Source of the DNA: Thalassobaculaceae bacterium
GTDB lineage: Bacteria; Pseudomonadota; Alphaproteobacteria; Thalassobaculales; Thalassobaculaceae
Direction: 5' to 3'
DNA: 64,000 nucleotides
NCBI GenBank assembly: GCA_965228875.1
Contig: OZ245843.1
Coordinates: 4,198,616-4,262,615, forward strand
Part shown: positions 39,905 to 49,516 of the stretch, piece by piece
Position numbering within the stretch: the first letter of the stretch is position 1
How the letters are laid out: each line of letters starts with the position of its first letter
Position numbers and translations under genes: made by a program
The notes under the pieces: generated by a model
Database searches by the model: none
The model's input: the letters and a program-made list of their open reading frames with translations, nothing else
Told to the model about the DNA's origin: nothing

Positions 39905-40307
39905 CGGGCGGGGCTCGCGGGCTGAGGGAGGGTATCCGCTCGCGCGGGGCCGGCGCGACGCCGACGGGCAGGGTCGGCCGGATCTGTGCCACGACGGCCG
40001 GACGTTCGACGTCCGAGACGTCCGTCGGCGGCAGCACGCCGCCATGGGCGAACAGACAGCCGGGGCAGACCGGTCCCGCGCTACCGGGAACCTCGTCGCC
40101 GTCTTCGACGTTGGCGGCGAGGCGGACCAGGCCGGCGGGCGAACAGATCTCCTGGGCGAGGGCGGCGAGGCTTTCGCCGGCGGCCGCCCGGTCCTTCAGC
40201 GCGGTGCCGCCGGCGATGCCGGTGACGACGCTCAGGCCGAGCTGCAGGAGGATGGCATAGACGCCCAGAACGGCGGCGAGATCGCGCCACCGATATTGCC
40301 GCTTCAT
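39891..40307 (-). CDS. DUF2946-family leader protein (CruR/CutF-like) with CxxC and RAPP arrest motif
   Basis: Hydrophobic N-terminal segment, EICSPAG, CPGC, and Pro-rich C-terminus ending SPRAPPAFHA; upstream of copper genes. Confidence 0.85.
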   Translation of the reverse strand: MKRQYRWRDLAAVLGVYAILLQLGLSVVTGIAGGTALKDRAAAGESLAALAQEICSPAGLVRLAANVEDGDEVPGSAGPVCPGCLFAHGGVLPPTDVSDVERPAVVAQIRPTLPVGVAPAPRERIPSLSPRAPPAFHA

Positions 40308-40357
40308 GATGGGGCGGCGCCGCTCTGTCGGACGTCCGAACATGGCCGGACCCTACT

Positions 40358-41122
40358 TCATCGCGCGGCGCCGTCCAAGCGCTCAGGCGCGGCCGTCACC
40401 GGGGCCGAAAGATCGAGCCCGGCAAGCTCCCAGCCGCGGCGGAAATCGACGATGTGCTTGCGCATCCAGTCCTCCGCGGTTGCCGGGTCGCGGGCCCGGA
40501 GCGCGTCGACCACGGCGCGGTGGGCGGTCAGCATCCGGCTGCCGGCGTCGAGGTGCTGGAAGATCCGCTCGAAGGCCGGATAGAACAGCGCGCCCAACGG
40601 CTGCCGCGCGAGCTGGATGGCCCGGTTGCCGCTGGCCGCGGCGATGAGGTCGTGAAAGGCGAGATCCAGGGCGGGGATCGCCTCGGCATCGTCGGTCATC
40701 GGCGCGGTGGCGGCGAGGTTGGCGTCGAGCGCCGCCAGCTGCGCGTCGCTGGCGTTACGGGCGGCCAGTGCCGCGGTCGCCGGCTCCAGCACCAGCATGG
40801 AGCGCCAGAGCTCCTCCACCGTCACCCGGTGCAGCACCATCGCCGCCGTCATCCGGTCGCTCAGGGCCTCGGGCGTCGGCGCGGTGACGAACAGCTTCTT
40901 GCCGCCGGGGCGGCGGGCGACCACGCCGGTCTCCTCCAGCGAGCGGATCGCCTCGCGCACGGTCGATCGGTTGACGCTCAGAAGTTCGGCCATGGCCATC
41001 TCGGAGGGCAGGGCGCTACCGACGGCGATCTCGCCGCTGACGATCTTCTCGCGGAGCGACCGGGCGGCGATACGGTAGGCCGGCTCGGTCTGGATCGGCT
41101 CGAGGGACAGGGGGTTCCCCAT
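40358..41122 (-). CDS. GntR/FadR-family transcriptional regulator
   Basis: LPSEMAMAELLSVNRSTVREA winged HTH; FCD domain DLAFH...H...MRKH. Confidence 0.92.
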   Translation of the reverse strand: MGNPLSLEPIQTEPAYRIAARSLREKIVSGEIAVGSALPSEMAMAELLSVNRSTVREAIRSLEETGVVARRPGGKKLFVTAPTPEALSDRMTAAMVLHRVTVEELWRSMLVLEPATAALAARNASDAQLAALDANLAATAPMTDDAEAIPALDLAFHDLIAAASGNRAIQLARQPLGALFYPAFERIFQHLDAGSRMLTAHRAVVDALRARDPATAEDWMRKHIVDFRRGWELAGLDLSAPVTAAPERLDGAAR

Positions 41123-41133
41123 CGGGACTCCTT

Positions 41134-41189
41134 CTTCAGGCACCGGGCTTCAGGCACCGGGCTTCAGGCACCAGGCTTCAGGCACCGGT
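41134..41189. repeat. 14-bp tandem repeat x4 (CTTCAGGCACCGGG)
   Basis: Units start at 41134, 41148, 41162 and 41176; the array spans the upstream stop codon and abuts the GntR RBS. Confidence 0.9.
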
Positions 41190-42818
41190 CGGCGTGCGGA
41201 TGTCTTGGCTCGGGACAGGTTCGCGCCGGGATTCGTCCCGCAGGGCGCGGCGCAGGACCTTACCGGTATGTCCCTTGGGCAGGTCGGAACGGAATTCGAT
41301 CCGGCGCGGATACTTATACGGGGCGGTGGCCGTCTTCACGTGGTTCTGGATTTCGGCGACCAGGTCGTCGCTCGGCTCGACCCCGCGCTTCAGCACGATG
41401 TAGGCCTTCACCACCTCGCCGCGCTCGGGGTCGGGAGCGCCGACCACCGCGCATTCCAGAACGGCCTCGTGCTCCAGCACCGCGTTCTCGACCTCGGTCG
41501 GCCCGATGCGGTAGCCGGCCGAGTTGATCACGTCGTCCGACCGCCCCGCATACCAGAAGTAGCCGTCGGCATCGCAGGCCGCCAGATCGCCGGTCAGGAA
41601 CCAGCGGCCCTCGGGCCCGTCCACCATGCTCCGCGCCGTGCGCTCCGGCTCGTTCCAGTAGCCGAGCATCATGGTCGGGCACGGCAGGCTGAGGGCGACA
41701 TGACCCACGTCGCCCGCTGGCAGCCGGTTGCCCGACTCGTCGATCACCGCCAGCGTGCAGCCCGGTGCCGCCCGGCCCATGGAACCGAGCCTGGGTGCCG
41801 TGTCGGTGGTGGTGAGCGCGGTCATCAGGGTTTCGGTCTGTCCGTAGGCCTCGGCCACCGGCACACCGGTCAGCGCGGTCCATTTCTCCGCCACCACCGG
41901 GTTCATCGCCTCACCCGCGGACACGGTGCGGCGCAGGGCGGAGAGGTCGTGGGCGGCGACGTCCTCCTGGACCACGCGGTAGAGCTCTGTCGCCGGCGCG
42001 CAGTAGACGCCGATGTGGTGTCTCGCCAGCAGGCGCAGGCGGTCCGCTGGATCGAACGGCCCGTCGTACTGGAAGCTGGTGGCGCCCTGCGACCAGGGGC
42101 CGATAAGCACGCTTGTCCCGGCCTTGGACCAGCCGGTGTCGGCGCCGCACCAGATCCGATCGCCCGGCCGCAGGTCGAGCCAGAGCCGTGCCGCGTGGCG
42201 CCAGCCGAAGACGGCGCGGGCGGCATGGACAACGCCCTTGGGATATCCGGTCGATCCGGAGGTGTAGTACATCAGGGCCGGTTCCTCGGCGCCGACCGTG
42301 ACGGCCTCGACCTCGGGGCCGTCGTCGTAGACCGCGGTCATGTCTCGCCAGCCGGGCCGAGTGCCGACGGCGAAGCGGACGGGCACGGTGTCCAGGCCCG
42401 GCTCGATATGTGCCGCGTGCCCGGCCCGGCAGAGCACCGCGACGGCGCCGGAATGCTCCGCCCGATAGGCGATCTCGCGGGCCGTCAGCATCTCGATGCA
42501 GGGGATCGGCACCGCGCCGATGCGCATCGCCGCGACCATGGCGATCTGCCACTCGGGAATGCGGGGCATCACGACCAGCACCCGGTCGCCCTTGCGTACG
42601 CCGGCCTCGGCCAGGGCGAAACCGACCCGCTTGGACAGTCTCGAGATATCGGAGAAGCGGAACCGCCGCGTGTCGCCGGCGGCGTTCTCCCAGATCAGGG
42701 CGAGCGGATCGCCGGCACCGGCCCAGCGGTCGACCACGTCGGCCGCGAAGTTGAAGGTCTGCGGGATTGCCCAGTCGAACGCATCCGGCCGATCCGTCGT
42801 CGCTGCGGTCTTCGCCAT
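41178..42818 (-). CDS. Acyl-CoA synthetase (AMP-forming, medium-chain type)
   Basis: YYTSGSTGYPKG, YGQTET, TGD, GRSDD, YKYPR, GKVLR. Confidence 0.92.
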   Translation of the reverse strand: MAKTAATTDRPDAFDWAIPQTFNFAADVVDRWAGAGDPLALIWENAAGDTRRFRFSDISRLSKRVGFALAEAGVRKGDRVLVVMPRIPEWQIAMVAAMRIGAVPIPCIEMLTAREIAYRAEHSGAVAVLCRAGHAAHIEPGLDTVPVRFAVGTRPGWRDMTAVYDDGPEVEAVTVGAEEPALMYYTSGSTGYPKGVVHAARAVFGWRHAARLWLDLRPGDRIWCGADTGWSKAGTSVLIGPWSQGATSFQYDGPFDPADRLRLLARHHIGVYCAPATELYRVVQEDVAAHDLSALRRTVSAGEAMNPVVAEKWTALTGVPVAEAYGQTETLMTALTTTDTAPRLGSMGRAAPGCTLAVIDESGNRLPAGDVGHVALSLPCPTMMLGYWNEPERTARSMVDGPEGRWFLTGDLAACDADGYFWYAGRSDDVINSAGYRIGPTEVENAVLEHEAVLECAVVGAPDPERGEVVKAYIVLKRGVEPSDDLVAEIQNHVKTATAPYKYPRRIEFRSDLPKGHTGKVLRRALRDESRREPVPSQDIRTPTGA

Positions 42819-42886
42819 CGCCATCCTCCTCGGCCGGCCCGCTCTTGTCGCGTCGGGTCCGGCGGTTGCCGTCGTCCGCCTGCCGC

Positions 42887-44068
42887 TCAGTCCGTCTTGG
42901 CCGCGCCCCGCTTCATCGCCTTGCGGGCCAGCGACCAGCGGTGCACCTCCGACGGGCCGTCGTAGATCCGGAAGCCCCGGACCTCCCGGAAGATCCGCTC
43001 GACCGGCCTGTCGGCGCTGGTGCCGGATCCGCCGAGGATCTGAACCGCGTTGTCCACGACCCGCCAGATCGCCTCGGAGCACTGGACCTTGGCCATCGAG
43101 CTCTCCTCGGTCGCCCGGTCGCCCTGGTCGAGCAGCCAGGACGCCTGCTGCAGCGACAGCCGGGCCGAGCGCATGTCGATCTCGTTGTCGGCCAGCATGA
43201 AGCCCACCCCCTCGTGCTTGCCGAGGGTCTGGCCGAAGGCCTGGCGGGTGTTGGCGTAGTCGAGGGCGGTGTCGTGCGCCCGGCGGGCCGACCCGAGCCA
43301 GCGCATGCAATGGGTCAGCCGCGCCGGGGCGAGGCGGACCTGGGCATATCGGAAGCCCTCGCCCGGCGCGCCGAGCACGGCGTCGGCGTCGAGGCGCAGA
43401 TCCTCGAACCGCATGTTCCAGTGGCCGCCGGCGAAGCTGGTGTCGAGGGTGTCCATCTGGCTCTCGAGCACGATCCCTGGCTCATCCATCGGTGCCAGGA
43501 ACATGGTGGCGCCGCCGTCGTGGGGGCCGCCCTCGATCTTCGCCATGATGATGACGAAGGCCGCCCCCTCGGCCCCGGTGATGAACCACTTCCTGCCGTT
43601 GACGACATAGCCGTTGCCGTCGAACCGGGCCGTGGTGGCCAGCATGGAAGGGTCGGCGCCGGCGCCCTCCGGCTCGGTCATGGCGAAGCAGGAGCGCGCG
43701 CCGCGGCACAGCGGCTCAAGGTAGCGGGCGCGCTGCTCCGCGCTGGCGACCACGTCGAGCAGGTGGATGTTGCCCTCGTCGGGGGCGCCGCAATGCATGG
43801 CCGACGGGCCGAGCAGGGAGTAGCCCGCCTCCTCGAACACCCAGGTCCGCTCCAGGTGCGACAGGCCGAGACCGCCATATTCCTTCGGCGCGTGCGGCGC
43901 GAACACGCCGGCGGACCGGGCCTTGGCATTGAGCTCGGCGCGCAGTTCCTCGCTCGGCCCGTGCTCGCCCCAGCGCGCGTCCTTCTCGCAGGGGATCACC
44001 GCGTCGGCGATGAAGCTCCGGGTCCGCGCGACCAGGTCTCTGATGTGTCCGGGTGTTGAGAAGTCCAT
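42887..44068 (-). CDS. Acyl-CoA dehydrogenase, ACAD10/11 (LvaC)-like subfamily
   Basis: CGAPDEGN, FAMTEP, RLAPARLTHCMR, RIYDGPSEVH. Confidence 0.85.
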   Translation of the reverse strand: MDFSTPGHIRDLVARTRSFIADAVIPCEKDARWGEHGPSEELRAELNAKARSAGVFAPHAPKEYGGLGLSHLERTWVFEEAGYSLLGPSAMHCGAPDEGNIHLLDVVASAEQRARYLEPLCRGARSCFAMTEPEGAGADPSMLATTARFDGNGYVVNGRKWFITGAEGAAFVIIMAKIEGGPHDGGATMFLAPMDEPGIVLESQMDTLDTSFAGGHWNMRFEDLRLDADAVLGAPGEGFRYAQVRLAPARLTHCMRWLGSARRAHDTALDYANTRQAFGQTLGKHEGVGFMLADNEIDMRSARLSLQQASWLLDQGDRATEESSMAKVQCSEAIWRVVDNAVQILGGSGTSADRPVERIFREVRGFRIYDGPSEVHRWSLARKAMKRGAAKTD

Positions 44069-44149
44069 CGGTTTCCGTCCCTTCCTGTGCGGGCCTGTTG
44101 TCCGGGCCTTGAGTGCGTGGGCCTCAGTGCGCGAGCGTGTGCGGCTGTA

Positions 44150-45226
44150 TCAGTCCGCCGCGCCGCGCGCGACATCCCACGTATGCGTCATCAGGTCGAA
44201 GCCCAGCCGCTCGAAGCGGGCATAGCGGTCGTCCCCGATCGCGCCCGACTTCCAGCGGGCATGGAGCTGCAGGAATATCGCCGACAGCTTGAACAGGCAG
44301 AGGACGTAGAGGTCGTCCAGCCCGTCGAGGTTGCGGCCGCTGGCCTTCGCGTAGGCCTCCGCCATGTCCCGGCGCGACGGGAAGCCGGCGCGCGCGGTGG
44401 GCATCTGGCCGAGCTCGCGCAGGCAGTCCGGGTCGCCCGGCTCCGACCAGTAGCTGAGCAGGGTAGCGAGGTCGAACAGCGGTTCGCCTCGGGTTGCCAT
44501 GTCCCAGTCGACGATCCCGACAGGGGTCAGCCGGTCGGGGGCGAGGATCATGTTGTCGAGTTTGAAGTCGCAATGCAGCAGCGAGACCTCGCTGCGGTCC
44601 CAGCCGGCGAGCCGCTGCTCCAGCCAGGTCGAGATCTCGGCGGCGAGGGTGGCTTCCGGTCGGCCCTCGGCCAGTTCGGCGCCGCGGGCCGACCAGCGGG
44701 CGGCGTTGCGGGCAACGAACCCCTCCGGCCGGCCGAGATCGCCGAGGCCGCAGGCGTCCGCGTCGACCGCGTGCAGGTCGGCGAGCGGCCGGGCCAGCAG
44801 GTCGCACAGGGCGCCTGGCAGGTCCTCTCCGGGTGCCAGCACGCTCAGATCGTCGCCGCGCACCGTGCGTCCCTCGCGGTATTCCAGGATCTGGAACGGC
44901 GCTCCCAGGACGGCGGGATCCTCGCACAGGGCGAGGCTGTCCGGCGCCAGCGGGAAGGCGGGGGACAGGGCGGACAGCACTCGGTGCTCGCGCGCCATAT
45001 CGTGGGCGCCCGGCGGCAGCGGCCCGGAGGGCGCGCGGCGCAGGACGGCGGAGCGACCGTCCACCGCGATCCGGTAGTTGAGGTTGGCAAGCCCGCCGGA
45101 GAACCGGTCCGCCGCCACGCCGGTGTCGAGGGTCAGGCCCTGGGCGGCCAGGCGGTCGGCCAGCGGGCGTGGGTCGAACGGCCAGTCGGCTGCCGGCCGC
45201 GGATCGTTTTTTTGTCCGACAATCAT
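44150..45226 (-). CDS. APH-family phosphotransferase (LvaA / ACAD10 kinase-like)
   Basis: GGLANLNY, AHDMAREH, LHCDFKLDNM, VDWDMATRGEP. Confidence 0.85.
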   Translation of the reverse strand: MIVGQKNDPRPAADWPFDPRPLADRLAAQGLTLDTGVAADRFSGGLANLNYRIAVDGRSAVLRRAPSGPLPPGAHDMAREHRVLSALSPAFPLAPDSLALCEDPAVLGAPFQILEYREGRTVRGDDLSVLAPGEDLPGALCDLLARPLADLHAVDADACGLGDLGRPEGFVARNAARWSARGAELAEGRPEATLAAEISTWLEQRLAGWDRSEVSLLHCDFKLDNMILAPDRLTPVGIVDWDMATRGEPLFDLATLLSYWSEPGDPDCLRELGQMPTARAGFPSRRDMAEAYAKASGRNLDGLDDLYVLCLFKLSAIFLQLHARWKSGAIGDDRYARFERLGFDLMTHTWDVARGAAD

Positions 45227-45285
45227 ACCGAAACGGTGCGCGGTTCCCAGGGTCGGCGCAAGCCCAAATCCGCGAGACCCGGCGA

Positions 45286-47190
45286 TCAGCCCCGTGTAAT
45301 CCGCCGGTTCTCGAGATAGAGCACGTCCGCCTTGCCGCTCGTGAAGAAGCGCAGGGCGTCGCCGGCGGTGTCGACGATCGGCTCGCCGGGGCCGTTGAAC
45401 GAGGTGTTGAGGACGACGGGCGTGCCGGTCTGGCGCCCAAACGCTTCGATGACGTCGCGGAACATGCCGGAACCGGGGGCGACGGTCTGCACCCGCGCGG
45501 TGCCGTCGACATGGGTGACCGCCGGCAGGTCCGTGCCGGTGACCCGGTAGTTGAACAGCATGTGCGGCGACTGTTCCGGTCCGCCTGAGAAGTGATCGCG
45601 CAGTTTCTCCGACAGGCATGCCGGGGCGAACGGCCGCCACTGCTCGCGTTCCTTGATCCGGTTGACCCGCGGCCAGTTCTCGGACCGCCGAGGATCCGCC
45701 AGCAGCGACCGGTGACCCAGCGCCCTCGGACCGCTCTCGGCCCGTCCCTGGAACAGCGCGACGATCCGGTCGGCAGCCAGATCCGCCGCCACCGCGGTTG
45801 CCGGGTCCGCCGTCTCCTCGACCGTCAGGCCGCTGCCGATGCGACGTAGTTCGCCGTCGATTTCCTGCGGCGTCGTCCGACGGCCGAGGGGCGCGATGTT
45901 GTCGGCGAGCGCGTTGACGACGGTGCGCGGGCGGTCGAACACATGGTGATAGACATAGAGCGCGGCACCGGTCGACAGGCCGCCATCGTCGCATGACGGC
46001 GGAATGAACAGGTCGCGGAACCGTGTTCCCTCGACCACCGCACTATTCGTCGGGCAGTTGAGTGCGCAGCCGCCGCTGAGACACAGCACGTCGCCCGCCC
46101 GCCCGATCTTGCCCAGCAGCGTGTCCAGCCGGTCGAGCACGTGACGGGTGGTTTCGAGGAAATGCTTCTGGGCGGTGGCGGCGACTGCCTTGCCGAAAGT
46201 GCTGAAGCCGTTCTCGGACGTGTCGAAGCCCCGCGCGGTGGCCGCGGCCCAGACGCGATCGAAGTAACCGCCCACCTCGTGCCAGCGCATGTCCTCGCCG
46301 TCGGCGCCAAAGAGGTGGGACAGGGACCAGCCGTCGCCGACGAAGGCGGGATCGAACAGTTCCGGCTCGCCATAGGCCGACAGCCCCATCAGCTTGCCGG
46401 GGCCGGCCAGCGCGCCGAGGCCGATCAGTTCGGCCGAACGGGCGTAGGTGAGGCCGGCCAGGATCGGCGCGGTCCAGATCGGCCAGAGGCGGTTGCCGTC
46501 GCCGAAGAACAGCATTCCCCCCGCGTAGCGGCCGTAGCGTCGTCGGCTGCTGCCGTTGTCGTGGGACAGGACGGGCGCGGAGTCGAATGGCGACTGGTAG
46601 AAGGCGGCGGCGGCGTGGCTCAACTGGTGCTTTACGGCGATCGCGGGGTAGGTCCGGCCGTCGAAGCGGACCGACATGGGCTGGACGAATGTCGCGTTCA
46701 CGCCCGGATGGCCGACGAAGCTGCGCGCCAGATCCGCCGGCGTCCGGTCGATGGTGCCCATTCCGGCGAGGTCGATCCACGGACCCGGCATGAGCGGGGA
46801 CTCGCAGTTGTACGTCTTGGGGTCGGCATCGCCCTCGGCGCGCTGGTCGGCGGCATAGTCCGCGTCCCGGGCGACGGCGTTGTCGAACAGGCCGCGGTTG
46901 AACAGCGTCTCTCCGAACCTTTCGGCGGTCGACCAGTCGTATTCGAAGTCCAGCAGCTCGGTGTCCGTGGAGCCGTAGCCGGCGCTCTGGGTCGTGCACA
47001 GGGCGAAGCAGTCGATGTCGTCCGCCTCCAGCGCGCAGATGGCGAGCGCCCGGCGAACCAGCTCCGGATCGATCCGGATGTCGTGACGGACGCGACTGAC
47101 CCGCTCGCGCTCCAGGTGAAGCAGGATCCGGCCGTCCGCGATGATCGACACTGCGGCGTCGTGCCCGCACTGAAGACCGACAATGACCAT
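45286..47190 (-). CDS. Carbamoyltransferase, NodU/CmcH/TobZ family
   Basis: GHDAAV, ERERVSR, HQLSH, GKLMGLSAYG, SGGCALNC, ESGPRALGHRS, KEREQWRPFAP, HVDGTARVQTV, LNTSFN. Confidence 0.92.
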   Translation of the reverse strand: MVIVGLQCGHDAAVSIIADGRILLHLERERVSRVRHDIRIDPELVRRALAICALEADDIDCFALCTTQSAGYGSTDTELLDFEYDWSTAERFGETLFNRGLFDNAVARDADYAADQRAEGDADPKTYNCESPLMPGPWIDLAGMGTIDRTPADLARSFVGHPGVNATFVQPMSVRFDGRTYPAIAVKHQLSHAAAAFYQSPFDSAPVLSHDNGSSRRRYGRYAGGMLFFGDGNRLWPIWTAPILAGLTYARSAELIGLGALAGPGKLMGLSAYGEPELFDPAFVGDGWSLSHLFGADGEDMRWHEVGGYFDRVWAAATARGFDTSENGFSTFGKAVAATAQKHFLETTRHVLDRLDTLLGKIGRAGDVLCLSGGCALNCPTNSAVVEGTRFRDLFIPPSCDDGGLSTGAALYVYHHVFDRPRTVVNALADNIAPLGRRTTPQEIDGELRRIGSGLTVEETADPATAVAADLAADRIVALFQGRAESGPRALGHRSLLADPRRSENWPRVNRIKEREQWRPFAPACLSEKLRDHFSGGPEQSPHMLFNYRVTGTDLPAVTHVDGTARVQTVAPGSGMFRDVIEAFGRQTGTPVVLNTSFNGPGEPIVDTAGDALRFFTSGKADVLYLENRRITRG

Positions 47191-47447
47191 GACAGTTCCC
47201 GAAACGATTGCGTTGCGCTCGCAAGTCCGAGCAAGGGTCGAGGTGCCGCCGGCGCCGTCGCGACACCGGCCGCAACCTAGCCGGATCGCCGGACGGTCGC
47301 CACCTCCGCGCAAAAGGGATTCCGAAAAAGCCCGAACAAGCATAAGGTTTTATCAGAATGCTGCGATGCGAAAGCCCTGCCCATGGCGGAGAACCGGTCA
47401 TCGGGAGGTGCGGGGCGGCGGCGGGCACGGCCTAGAAGGGGCGGGGT

Positions 47448-49505
<2,058 letters not shown>

Positions 49506-49516
49506 GGCCAGCGGAC

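Noticed and set aside
41134..41189. Tandem repeat as a possible CRISPR array
   Set aside because: 14-bp head-to-tail units with no spacers and no cas genes.
47415..47440. Sigma-54 promoter before the Amt-kinase (GGGCACGG...)
   Set aside because: A -24-like element is present, but there is no GC at the -12 position.
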